From: an uncultured delta proteobacterium
GTDB lineage: Bacteria; Myxococcota; Myxococcia; Myxococcales; Myxococcaceae
Assembly (NCBI GenBank): GCA_963776345.1
Contig: CAVZMH010000003.1
Coordinates: 1 to 64,000 of the forward strand
Direction of reading: 5' to 3'
Length of the DNA: 64,000 nt
This document shows positions 1 to 9,309 of this stretch, one piece after another. The notes under the pieces were generated by a model. The model saw only the letters and a list, made by a program, of their open reading frames with translations. It was not told where the DNA came from and ran no database searches. The position numbers and the translations under genes were made by a program. The number at the start of each line of letters is the position of its first letter. Within the stretch, counting starts at the first letter, position 1.

Positions 1-407
1 GTCATGTATCAGGAGGCCGTCGAGCTGATCGAGCAACTGACCCGCCGTCACAGCCGGCGACGAGCGGCGCAAGCGGCTGCTGCGCGCTGCACGAGGGGCT
101 GCCCGAGGACACCGACGCCTACCGCAACTTCTTCGAGCTGCATACCCGCTGGCTCGATGACGATGAGCTGCAGCCGCGCCTGCGCGAGTTCTTGGGTGAC
201 TGCAAACTGGACGCGTGGGCGCTCAAGGACGCGAGCGACAAGGAGCCCGCGGCGCGCATCGCGCCCATGGCACTGCTCACGGTGGCGATCGCCGACGGCA
301 TCGCGCTGCAGAAGCTCGCCGACCCGGACCTGGACTTCGAGCCGGCCTTCGACCTGTGGCGCCGGCTCGTGCTCGGTTACGTCGAGTCGGGCGGCGAGCC
401 CGACTGA
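1..407 (+). CDS. TetR/AcrR-family regulator, C-terminal part (5'-truncated, frameshifted)
   Basis: Joined frames read YRNFFELHTRWLDDDELQPRLREF...ALLTVAIADGIALQKLADPDLDFEPAFDLWRRL, resembling a TetR/BetI ligand-binding domain; stop at 407. Confidence 0.55.
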   Translation, partial: HVSGGRRADRATDPPSQPATSGASGCCALHEGLPEDTDAYRNFFELHTRWLDDDELQPRLREFLGDCKLDAWALKDASDKEPAARIAPMALLTVAIADGIALQKLADPDLDFEPAFDLWRRLVLGYVESGGEPD

Positions 408-450
408 CGCCCGCGGCGGCCAGGCGTCAGTCAGGTTGGCCGCATCCGGA

Positions 451-1916
451 TCAGCCGCCGAGCTCCGCGTCGGCGGCGGCGCAGATTTTCGCCAGCTCCG
501 CCGCCTTCCCCGCGTCGAGCGGCTCCGGCACGTAGTGCTTCCCGATGTCGACGCCGCGCTCGCGCGCGACCTCGACGGCGTCCCGCAGGTGCGCGCCGTC
601 CGGGCCGATCTCCTGACCGATCGAGCGCTCGACGGTCTCCTTCATGTGCCGGCGCGTGTTGCGGCTGGCCCAGGTAGTGGCCGCCGGGACCGACCATGTC
701 GATGACGTCGAGCGCCAGCGTCTCCTCGTCCAGCTCGGTCGCGGAAGGCGTTCGCGGCGCGCCGGTCGAGGTCATCGTCGAGCATCATGTGCTTGGGCGT
801 GAACAGCTGGTCGCGGTTGGTCAGCCCGATGGTGGTCATGATCCTCGGAGCCGACGAGGCCGGCGAGCATCACCGTGTGCGCCGTCTCCGCCGCGGCCAG
901 CCAGCTGCCGGGCAGGTCGTCGTCGGTGCCGGCGTACCCCGTCATCGCCGGCAGCCCGAAGTGGTGCACGAGTGAGCCCCAGAGCAGGAAGAGGCCGCGG
1001 TGGTTGAGCGGCGCCGTGGTCAGCGCCGCCGTGCGCGGGTCGAGCGCGTACACCAGCAGGGGAAGAGGATGACCGGCGCGCCCGGGTGCGCCGAGTTGCA
1101 CGCAGACCGTCGCGCTGACCAGCTCGGCGAAGCCCATCACGTAGGCGCCGGCCTTGGTGGCCGGCGCCATCATCATCAGTGCGTTCGTGACGAACATCAC
1201 GGGGATGCCGGCCTCCGCGAACACGAGCGCCGCCTCGATGCCGTCCTTGTCGTTGATCAGCGGCTGGACGGTGCCGATGAGGTTGCTCATCGGGGGGCGG
1301 CGGCGCTGCTTGCCGCCCCGCCCGCGATCACCGTCGCCATCTCGGCGAGGCGTCGCGGGCTTCGCGCTCGCCCTGCACCATCCCCTGGAGGTGCTTGCGG
1401 TGTTGTTCCAGGCGGCGTCCAGCTCGTGCAGGGTGTTCATGTCGCCGATCGCCGGCCACGTTGGGCCACCAGAACTGGACGAGACCCAGTAGTCGACCAT
1501 GCGCGTGATGGCGGAGAGGTCGTCCTTGGTCGGCGGCCGGCGAGGACTGCCGTTGCGCCAGTCGATCACCTCGGTGCCGCAGCCGTTGGTCGTGTTCGTC
1601 TCGCCCACTGCGAGGTCGAGGTCGAGGTCGCCGTCGCGGAGACCGACCAGAAGGTCCGCGGGGCCTTCACCAGCGCGGCCCGCGCAAGATCAGCGAGAAG
1701 CGCACGAGACGCGACACGCCGATCACCTCGGCGCCATGCTCGGCGAGGATGTCCAGCGCCTTCGGCGAGCCGAACCTGACGCCGGTCCGCTTCGAGGACG
1801 CTGAGCACGGCGTCCTTGTAGCGGTCCAGCTTCGCGTCATCGTAGAAGCGGACGGCGAAGTCCGGAGCTTGAGCAGCAGGCGGCTGCCGCCGGCTGAGGT
1901 CGAGCTGCGAGCCCAT
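451..1916 (-). CDS. Trimethylamine methyltransferase (MttB) superfamily protein, non-pyrrolysine type; multiple frameshifts (probably read errors)
   Basis: ATG at 1916 after an AAGGAG RBS. Pieces TTNGCGTEVIDW, HELDAAWNNT, APATKAGA, YALDPRT, HHFGLPAMTGYAGTDD, LALDVIDMVGPGGHYLGQ and PEPLDAGKAAEL follow MttB order. No TAG at the GLP...xSD Pyl site. Confidence 0.8.
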
Positions 1917-1924
1917 GGGTCTCC

Positions 1925-3313
1925 TTACAGCAATCCGGCGTTGGTCTTGAAACGCTCCACCGAGTTGATCGGGATGTCCAGCGCCTCGGCGATGTGGAAC
2001 TTGGCCTCCATCGTCCCCGGCTGGTCGGCGTAGGTGAGGTCCTGCACCAGGATGCGGCCGAGGCCGAGATCCCGGCGGATGTCGTCGTCGCGGACGGTGG
2101 TCGCTGAGGTCGTCGACGGAGCAGCCGAGCTTGTCGGCGACGTACTTCTCGGCCTGCGGAAGGCGCAGGCCCCGGGTCATCTGCATGCAGGCCACCAGAT
2201 CTCCGGCAGTCCGCATCCCGCCATACCCCCGAGGCGAGCGCGTGTGACGAGGCCATCCCGAGGGATCCCCGACCCCCACCTACAACCCGTCGATTGCAGA
2301 TGTCGACGAGGGCGCGACGCCCGGGACGTCGCGTCGACGGGCGGGTACGGCGTCATGGGGACGCCGCCGACGCCCACATGCCGCGCGTACGTGCACGGGG
2401 ATGGTGGCTGCGGCGGTCACCGGCTTGATGAGCGCGCAGGCGCGCGCGGTGTTCCAGGCGAGCGACTTCGTCGTGTTGACGTTCACCGCCGGTCCGAAGA
2501 TCGTGGCGCCGGCGGCCTCGCAGGCCTTGAGCTGGCCGAGCGGCCACTGGCCGGCCAGCCGCGTGCCCTCGTACTTGAGCTACGCGCGTGCGTGCCCGCA
2601 CGAGCTCGGCGGCCTGGCCGATCTCGACGCCGATGTCGGGCCACGTGTCGCGGACCCTGCGGGCCGTGCGCGGCGTGGCCAGCAGATCAGCGTCGCCCGG
2701 CGGCCCCCGCGGTGTCGAAGTCGGAGGACCGTCGGCTCCGGCGGCCACCATCGCTTCGGCCACCAGCCACATGTCGTGCTTGAGATGCTCCACGGCCTCC
2801 AGTTGCGCGGCCCTCGCCTCGGCGATCTTGCCCAGCGGCATCAGCTCCGACCAGTTCTGGACCGGGCCGTCCGGCTGCGAGTAGCGGCCCAGGTCCGGCA
2901 TCGCGCCGTAGTCGGGGGGATCGCTGCTGCTGCGCGTCCTTGATCATCTGCGTCTGGAACGAGAGCACGGTGCGCACGGCCTTGTACGAGTAGTCGTGGT
3001 GCCAGAGTTCGATCATGTCGGCGCCGTGGTGGTTCTGGTACCCAGTTGCTGGAAGGAGTGGCGACTCCCAAGATAGACGTTGCCCGAGCCGTCGAAGCTG
3101 GAGCAGCTCGTCGCCGTAGTCGACGGCGCTGAACTTCGTCGGGGAGGTGAAGATGTTGAGCAGGTGGTCGATCTCGTCCTGCGTGAGCTGCTCGACCTTG
3201 ACCTTGTCGGCCGGCCGCCTCCGAGCCGGCGTGCCAGATCGGCCTCGATCTCAGCTCGGGTCATCGCCACGAGAGATCCGTCACCGAGCCGTGGTCGGGA
3301 TGTGTTTTGTCAT
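1925..3313 (-). CDS. mtbB: Dimethylamine:corrinoid methyltransferase (MtbB) with in-frame amber codon (putative pyrrolysine); frameshifted
   Basis: ATG 3313 after GGAGG. Motifs RLGDGS, ELWHHDYSYKAV, YGAMPDLGRYSQPDGP, DFDTAGAAGDAD, NVNTTKSLAWN, GVGGVPM, IDGL-TAG-VGVGDP (TAG at 2280-2282), GMRTAGDLVA, EAKFHIAEALDIPINS; TAA at 1925. Confidence 0.85.
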
Positions 3314-3356
3314 CGATCCTCCCGTCGTCCCCCCGCGCGGGCAATCATCATTAAGC

Positions 3357-3372
3357 TTAGTCGGATAACTAA
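3357..3372. promoter_or_regulatory. Palindrome TTAGT-N6-ACTAA in the divergent mtbB intergenic region (possible TetR-type operator)
   Basis: AT-rich inverted repeat between the two mtbB starts; minus-strand TTGACA at 3414-3419. Confidence 0.35.
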
Positions 3373-3538
3373 CCGAATCTCCCAATCGACGATCACGAGC
3401 GCGGTCGCCCGGGTGTCAAGACGGCTACGTTTACCCAAGTATCGGTCGTTGCGTGCGTTGGAGCCGTGCATACCATCTCAGCGGGGCAGGAGGCGGCGCC
3501 AGGGAGACGAGGCGCCGCCAGACGGGAACAGGGGGCGT

Positions 3539-4930
3539 GTGGAACCTCGGATCGTGACGCGTCGCGGGGACGGCTCCGCCGTGCGCGCTCACGCGCGGCG
3601 AGCTTCGGAGTGAAAGCGTGGAGGGCACGCGCGCGGCCGCCGCCCGGGCGCGCGCTTCCGGAACTGGGCGCGGACGAACTCGGCCCACCTCCTGGGCATG
3701 TTCCTCAGGCGAGCCGCTCTAAGACCGCCGTCGACGTCGGGGACAAGGTAGCCATCGCGTTTCGACCAGCGGCGGCGCACCCCGCAGCAGGGCAGCCGCG
3801 TCGATGCCCTGGTGCGGTCCGGAGCAGTGCCTCGGTTGCAAGACTCCTGCGACTCTACCACATCGACTACTCGTACAAGGCGGTTCACCCGATCGTCGGC
3901 GCCGAGGCGGCGGCGATGAAGCACGCACAGGAGCGCGTCGTCATCCCGGTGCACTACGGCGCCCAGCCGGACCTCGGCCGGTACTCACAGCCAGACGGTC
4001 CGTGCGAGGGCAACTATGACAAACTATGCCAGCAATGTCGCATCGATAAGGTTCCCGTGGGGACGGAGAAGAGGGGGGGGATCGGAGATCACCGTCGAGG
4101 ACATGGTCCACTTAGCCGCCGACTGTGGGAGGCCAGCAGGCCGGGCGTCGACTTCGACGCGCGCGGGCGCGGTGGCGACACAGGAGCCTGCTGGCGACCC
4201 TGCTCGCCGTGGAGCGCCTGCGCGCCGCGTACCCGGCCATGGGCATCATGGTCGGGATGGCCGCCGAGGTCGTGCTCGGCACGCACGGCGAGCTGAGATT
4301 GTATGCCCGCGGCACGCGGGTGGCCGGCCTGAGCCGGAGGGCCAGTGCAGGGTGGTGCCGGAGGCCAGCGCGCCCATCTTCGGCCCGCCCGTCAACGTCA
4401 ACACCAGCCGCACGGTGGCCTGGAACGTCGCCCGCGCGCTTACACCTCATGAAGCCGTGCATGGACGTAGCACAGATCCCCGTGCACGCCAACGTGGGCA
4501 TGGGCGTGGGCGGCGTCCCCGATGAACGCGTTCAGCTCCCCGTCGACGCCGTGTCGCGCTGCTCGCGCGCCTGCGTCGACATCCTGAAGGTCGACGGCTT
4601 GTCGGTGGGCTCCGGGGACATCTTCGGCATGCCGGTCGCGCACGCCGTCGCCTCGGGAATGAACGGGCTGCGCGCCGCTGGAGACCTGGTGGCGCGCCTG
4701 GGATGGCGAAGGGCATGCAGTTTTCAGCCTGAGAAGGAAGCCAACGGACGGTGGCCGCAGCGCTCGGCGCGAGCGTCGCCGACCTCGCCGACCCGCTCGT
4801 GATGCACGAGGTGCGCGGCAAGCTTCGTCTCGGCCGCGTCTTCGAGGCCGAACAGTCGCACCCCCACGATCCGAGTCCGCCAGGAGGCGAAGGCGCGCGT
4901 CCGGGACTGCTCGGCCTGACTGAGGCCCAG
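3539..4930 (+). CDS. mtbB: Second MtbB homologue, Ser (TCG) at the pyrrolysine position; heavily frameshifted, end approximate
   Basis: GTG 3539 (VEPRIVTRRGDGS); motifs HIDYSYKAV, YGAQPDLGRYSQPDGP, GMAAEVVLGTHG, VNVNTSRTVAWNVARA, VGMGVGGVP, VDGLSVGSGD, GLRAAGDLVARL. Confidence 0.8.
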
Positions 4931-4947
4931 CCGCGGCCGCATCGTCC

Positions 4948-5020
4948 AGCAATTCTTCTCTTCAAAAGAGAGAGAGGTGCCTGTAGCTATTACCTCTCTT
5001 GGCTCAGTTACGTCTGTGCT
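4948..5020 (+). other. Degraded Oxford Nanopore ligation-adapter-like sequence at a probable chimeric junction
   Basis: AGCAAT (4948) then CCTGTA...CTCAGTTACGTCTGTGCT (4980-5020), resembling adapter CCTGTACTTCGTTCAGTTACGTATTGCT; abrupt composition change here. Confidence 0.65.
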
Positions 5021-5104
5021 CTCAGCGCGTTAACACTAGCAGGATTGATCGGATTTGGCGCGTGGCGCTGGTCGCGAAGAGATTGCTTCTCGATCAGGCG
5101 CGGA

Positions 5105-5750
5105 TTAGAGCGCAGTAGTAAGAACCAATCTTCGCGCAAGACTTCTCACCACGCTCTCTGGGACAGGCTGAGCAAAGCTCGGCCCGGCGTAGACGAAGGT
5201 GTGAAAGTCGCCATTTTCGCCGCAAGGATCCACCTCTCCAGGTAGATCCAGGGAGCCCGTCGTACTCGCGCCCTGCGAATGTGCCACTAGGCATCGTCGT
5301 ATCAACACGACGAGATGACTGCCGGAACCCAAGTCGATAAATCTTCCGGCCGAATCGGATGTGTTTCTTCCCCATCACGGAAAGATGCCGTGCATCTCCA
5401 ATCCGACTCAGACGCTCTTCGCGATAGAGCGCACACGTCGGCCAGAAACAAGACACAAGAAGACGAATACGTGGCCCCGAGCTTGTAATTTTCTCCAAAG
5501 CCTGCTGCATACGCTGCTAAATCTCGTTGGTACACTGCGGCGGAAATACAGATTCTTCAGCGGGTGACTGACGCCTGAGCTGCACAACGGACGACCACTC
5601 ACCGGTGCCATCATGTTCATCAATTTCGTCACCTCAGGTGATTCTGGTGCGCCGGACTGCAGTATCGAGGTGTCCTGCTGGCGCGTGGACGCGTGAGTGC
5701 CCGGTGCAGTCTTTTCCACCACTACAGGCGAACAGGGCTTTGTTCTTCAT
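5105..5750 (-). CDS. Diphthamide synthase-like (Dph6/MJ0570) PP-loop ATPase, frameshifted
   Basis: MKNKALFACSGGKD start; C-terminal FAGREYD and VDPCGENGDFHTFVYAGP signature. Confidence 0.75.
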
Positions 5751-5838
5751 GAATTTTGTCTCGATATGTTTGATAACGCTTGCAGATGCTGTAGGCAAGC
5801 ATCAGGATGCCTAGCCAGCGGCTTTATTGAAACAGGTT

Positions 5839-6116
5839 CTAACCAACCTCGAGCTGCACCGTCACGGTATAAGCCCATGCAAGAATCTTCGGCTTTTTGG
5901 GCACTCACGCGAATCGGTACAATGTAGCCGCCATCTTTGGGGAACAAGGAAATTTTCCGTTACTGACTTTGGCCCATTCGAACCTGAGGACAGTCCCAAC
6001 CATCAGTCACTGATCTTGCAATGACTCTTAAGTCTCACTTGTTCTGGAACAGTCATCGAGTGATGAGAAGCCGGGCCACACCAATGCCATTGTGTGCCGC
6101 TGAACTCGAATTTCAT
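5839..6116 (-). CDS. DUF1905-family protein, frameshifted
   Basis: MKFEFSGTQWHWCGP...SLFPKDGGYIVPIRVSAQKAE...VTVQLEVG. Confidence 0.6.
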
Positions 6117-6126
6117 TGGTGAACGC

Positions 6127-6598
6127 TCAACGTTTCGGCTCGTAATCTGCGGACGACAATCCCACAGTCGAAAGGCGTCGCTTTGACTAACGTTGAATCT
6201 TGTTGGTGGTCAAGTTCCTTAAAAATCATCAAACCCTCCAATCACCATTCGAATTTGATAGAACAAATGGAAACCGTCAATCAAGCCGTGCTTAATCAGC
6301 ACCACCGAGACAAACGTCGCGCCACCATAAGCGATCAAGATGTTGCCGTTTTGCTCTTCATTTTGTAATCTCGTCCACCAGGTCGCCTTCGCCGAAGGGT
6401 GTGTCCCATTCAGACTGGGCAAGCGCTCTGGTGAAACAACCTTGGTGTCGTGTGAATTTCAGCACCTTCTTCCTCCTCTCGATGGGACACCCAATCAGAT
6501 TGGTCTAACCATCAAGCGTCGTCCAGGACGATGCAGTGAACCAGCTTCGGTTATTTTCTCCACATCGTCAGTCCATTGTCCCAATTTATCTTTAAGCC
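6127..6598 (-). CDS. Dihydrofolate reductase/RibD C-terminal-like protein, 5'-truncated at junction, frameshifted
   Basis: Pieces INWD, FTRALAQSEWD, GDLVDEITK, ILIAYGGATFVS, LIKHGLID, FDCGIVV...YEPKR. Confidence 0.6.
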
Positions 6599-6889
6599 CC
6601 ACACAGGCGGGCTCGCCGCCAGCGTGTCCCGCCGTCCGTAGAACACCGGACAGTGCACGTGGTCGACCGCCTCGGACTGACCGTCGACCACCGCCGACTC
6701 CCCGGCCGGTGGAAGCGCCACTGCGGGCTGGGCTGCCGGGGACAGCTCGATGATCTCGCCGTGCTCGGGGCAGATCCCGTGCCGACCGACCACGAGATGT
6801 CCGAGCTGGGCGGCGTGGAGCGCAACGAGCGCCAGCGCCGTCAGCAGGACGGTCTTCGGGGTCCCTGGCGCTGCACTCGCCGCGCGCAT
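6599..6889 (-). CDS. Small exported His/Cys-motif protein (CPEHGE...HxHC), 3'-truncated at junction
   Basis: Hydrophobic N-terminus followed by HGICPEHGE and DHVHC; frame runs into the lower-GC segment at ~6598. Confidence 0.5.
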
Positions 6890-7288
6890 CGGGGCGCATG
6901 TCTACTTCGCAAGTCGCTCGGACCGCAAGCTAGGCGACGCAGCGGGCCCACGACTCTGGGCGCTATCCACCTGCCCATCCCCGAGGTGCTCGTCGAGTGC
7001 GCTCCACGGCGCAGCGATCAATCACGAGCCGGTGCTCCGCGACGCGCTGGGCCTTCGTCCGGTTCACCCCGAGATTCTCGGCCCCGCAATCGATTGCGGG
7101 ATCGCCCTTTCGAGGCTCGAAATGGCTCTTCAATTGGCCCGCAAATGCGCCCGAGAATGCGCTCCTGGATCGGGCGTGTTTCCGGGCCACTTCGGGGCGG
7201 AAGCGGGGGCGGAATCGGACGCGGCTTGTTGGGGATTCCGCGCCCTTGTGCCCTCGCCCACCCGACTTCGGATGCAGCGTCGGAAGCC

Positions 7289-7352
7289 CCCCAAGTTTCC
7301 CGTCCACGCCCTCGCAACCATGAAACTGAGGGCGTGGACGGAAAACTTGGGG
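7289..7352. repeat. 25-bp inverted repeat (1 mismatch) with 14-nt loop
   Basis: CCCCAAGTTTCCCGTCCACGCCCTC (7289-7313) / GAGGGCGTGGACGGAAAACTTGGGG (7328-7352). Confidence 0.85.
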
Positions 7353-7704
7353 ACCCCCTGAGAACCAACGGGGTGGGCAACGGGGTCCAGGGTCATGAAG
7401 CCAGTCCTGAACGATCCGATGGGAAGGAGATGGAGAGACAAAGCGAGGTGGAGGAGAGCATTGGGTAGAGCGAGACGACGGGTGCGCTGCGATGGAGCAC
7501 GCCGACCGGAGGAACTTGGACCGGAGGGATGGAGTCATCGAGCTCCGAATTGGAGCTGAAGACGGAAGGCGCGGGAGAGCATCGCCGAGGGGTAGCCTCT
7601 TGCGGAGTGGAACTTCGGGAGCGAGACCCCAACCCATCAACCGCCCTGTCGGATGTTCACAGACCATCGGATCGTGGAGCGCCGAGTCAGTCCGAGGCGT
7701 GTTC

Positions 7705-7943
7705 ATGGCCAGGCGGATGTAGGTGCAGCCAGGAGACGCCGAGCGGTGGCCTACCTCCGTGTCTCCACCGAGGGGCAGCACGTCGGTCCCGAGGCGCAGC
7801 GAACGGGCATCGAGAGATGGGCGAAGGCTAGCGGCTTCGAGGTCGTCTCCTGCCGGGAGGACCTGGGGTCAGCGGGGCAGTCGAGTCGCGGACCGCCCGG
7901 GTCTGCTTGCGGTGCTGGAGGATCTCCGGGCAGGAGGTCATGA
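7705..7943 (+). pseudogene. Serine recombinase (resolvase family) N-terminal remnant
   Basis: AVAYLRVSTEGQ...AQRTGIERWA...EDLG, then shifted frame DRPGLLAVLEDL; truncated. Confidence 0.75.
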
Positions 7944-8025
7944 CCCGCGACGGCGTGTCGCTGTGTTTGAGCCTTGTGACGGCCTGGCGGGTGGCGGACG
8001 TGCGCCGACAGGGTAGGGCCGGACC

Positions 8026-8499
8026 TTACTGCTCGTGGTCCAGAAGATCGCGATCTTGGGCATGCTTCGGCTCGGTGCTGTTGGCGATCATCGCCCGAAG
8101 CGTAGGCCGCGAGGCGACCTTGACCATGCGATGAAAGAGCCGGGCGTCGTGCGCCGAGGCCCAAGCGTCCTCGAACGAGAGCGCCGGGTCGGTCAGCAGG
8201 TCGGCCAACACGCTGCCGTCGTCGAGGTGCACCTGGCTCTTCGTCTGCTGACAGAGGCGATCCGCCCCCCAGCCGTGCGTCCTGAGTCGGGGAAGCGAGT
8301 CGATGGCCGCGACTGTGCGGGCAGCGTTCTCCTGCGTGCACTCGATGAGCACGTCCAGGTCGTTGCTGCCGATCGGGCGGTCGGGGATGTGCCAGCGCAT
8401 CGCGGAGCCACCGACGACGATGAACCGAACTCCGAAGGTGGTCAGTGCCTCGACGAGCGGCTCGTTTCCCGGGAAGGTTGGAACGTCTGTCGGTTTCAT
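8026..8499 (-). CDS. Nucleotidyltransferase (Pol-beta superfamily, DUF6036/AbiEii-like)
   Basis: FIVVGGSAMRWH...NDLDVLI motif; C-terminal KHAQDRDLL. Confidence 0.7.
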   Translation of the reverse strand: MKPTDVPTFPGNEPLVEALTTFGVRFIVVGGSAMRWHIPDRPIGSNDLDVLIECTQENAARTVAAIDSLPRLRTHGWGADRLCQQTKSQVHLDDGSVLADLLTDPALSFEDAWASAHDARLFHRMVKVASRPTLRAMIANSTEPKHAQDRDLLDHEQ

Positions 8500-8934
8500 G
8501 CCGCCCGATCTATGCGGCCCACCCAGACCCCTGAACAGCCCGGAGACCCGCCTCGAGGCCGGGACCGCGTTCAGGTGCGCTTTTGCGGAACGCAAGGCAA
8601 GCCGGTGGGCTCACGCGACTTGCCCTGGAGGAGCCTCCCGACGCTGGCCGCGTACGTCCGCAGATCCTCCGGCCGAGGCTCCAGCCGAGGGAACGAGGTC
8701 CCTCATCCGGGCCGGGTTCCCTGAATCCCGCGCCCCCCCGCCAGCAGCTTGATACTGGCCGGGCGTACCCTGTTCCGGCAGCCGGATCCGCGACTCGCCC
8801 GACGCGCCGTACTGGAAGCGCGCAGCGACCCCGTGGGGCGACGCCATGGCCGGGAAGGTCCGCGGGAGTCGGGATGGGGTGTTTCCTGCGCCTGTTCGGC
8901 TGTTCCGGCCGTTCTACGGGCATCGGCGCCACGG

Positions 8935-9096
8935 CTACTCTTCGCCACGGTGCAGGAGGCGGTCGATGTCCTGGAAGTGGATCCGGATGGCGTTCGACAC
9001 GCGAGAGTGGGGCAGTGCACCGCGGGCACAGAGTCGGTAGACCGTGACCGGGCGGACGCGGAGCAGCTCGGCCACCTCCCGCACCGTCAGCAGCAC
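8935..9096 (-). CDS. Excisionase-type helix-turn-helix (HTH_17) domain, in frame with the upstream integrase tail
   Basis: LLTVREVAELLRVRPVTVYRLCARGALPHSRVSNAIRI; C-terminal end of ORF 8935..9552. Confidence 0.8.
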   Translation of the reverse strand: MLLTVREVAELLRVRPVTVYRLCARGALPHSRVSNAIRIHFQDIDRLLHRGEE

Positions 9097-9254
9097 CGGG
9101 CTGCGGACGAGACCCAGGCCCGTCGAGTTCTGCCGTGCGGGTGCCGTGCGGGAGGCCGTCCAAGCACTCCCAGCGTGTCCAACGGCTCCAGCGCCCCGGA
9201 GAGAATTCGCAGCGTTGGACACCCCCGGACGCACCTGGAGGCTCGGAGAGCCAA

Positions 9255-9309
9255 TTCCCAAGCCGAGGGTCGCGGGTTCGACCCCCGTCTCCCGCTCAGT
9301 CGAAGCACC
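9255..9309 (+). repeat. att site copy 1: 3' half of tRNA-Gly(CCC) plus 12-bp tail
   Basis: TTCCCAAGCCGAGGGTCGCGGGTTCGACCCCCGTCTCCCGCTC (anticodon loop, T-arm, acceptor strand) then AGTCGAAGCACC; no 5' half. Confidence 0.85.

Noticed and set aside
2180..2279. PYLIS hairpin after the amber codon
   Set aside because: Sequence is too error-rich and GC-rich to call a structure, and PYLIS is not required for Pyl insertion.
451..6598. Mass pseudogenisation of the left-end genes
   Set aside because: Dense indels with preserved motifs, next to an adapter-like scar, fit an unpolished single read better.
9255..9297. Intact tRNA-Gly gene
   Set aside because: Only the 3' half is present at both copies; no D-arm or 5' acceptor strand.
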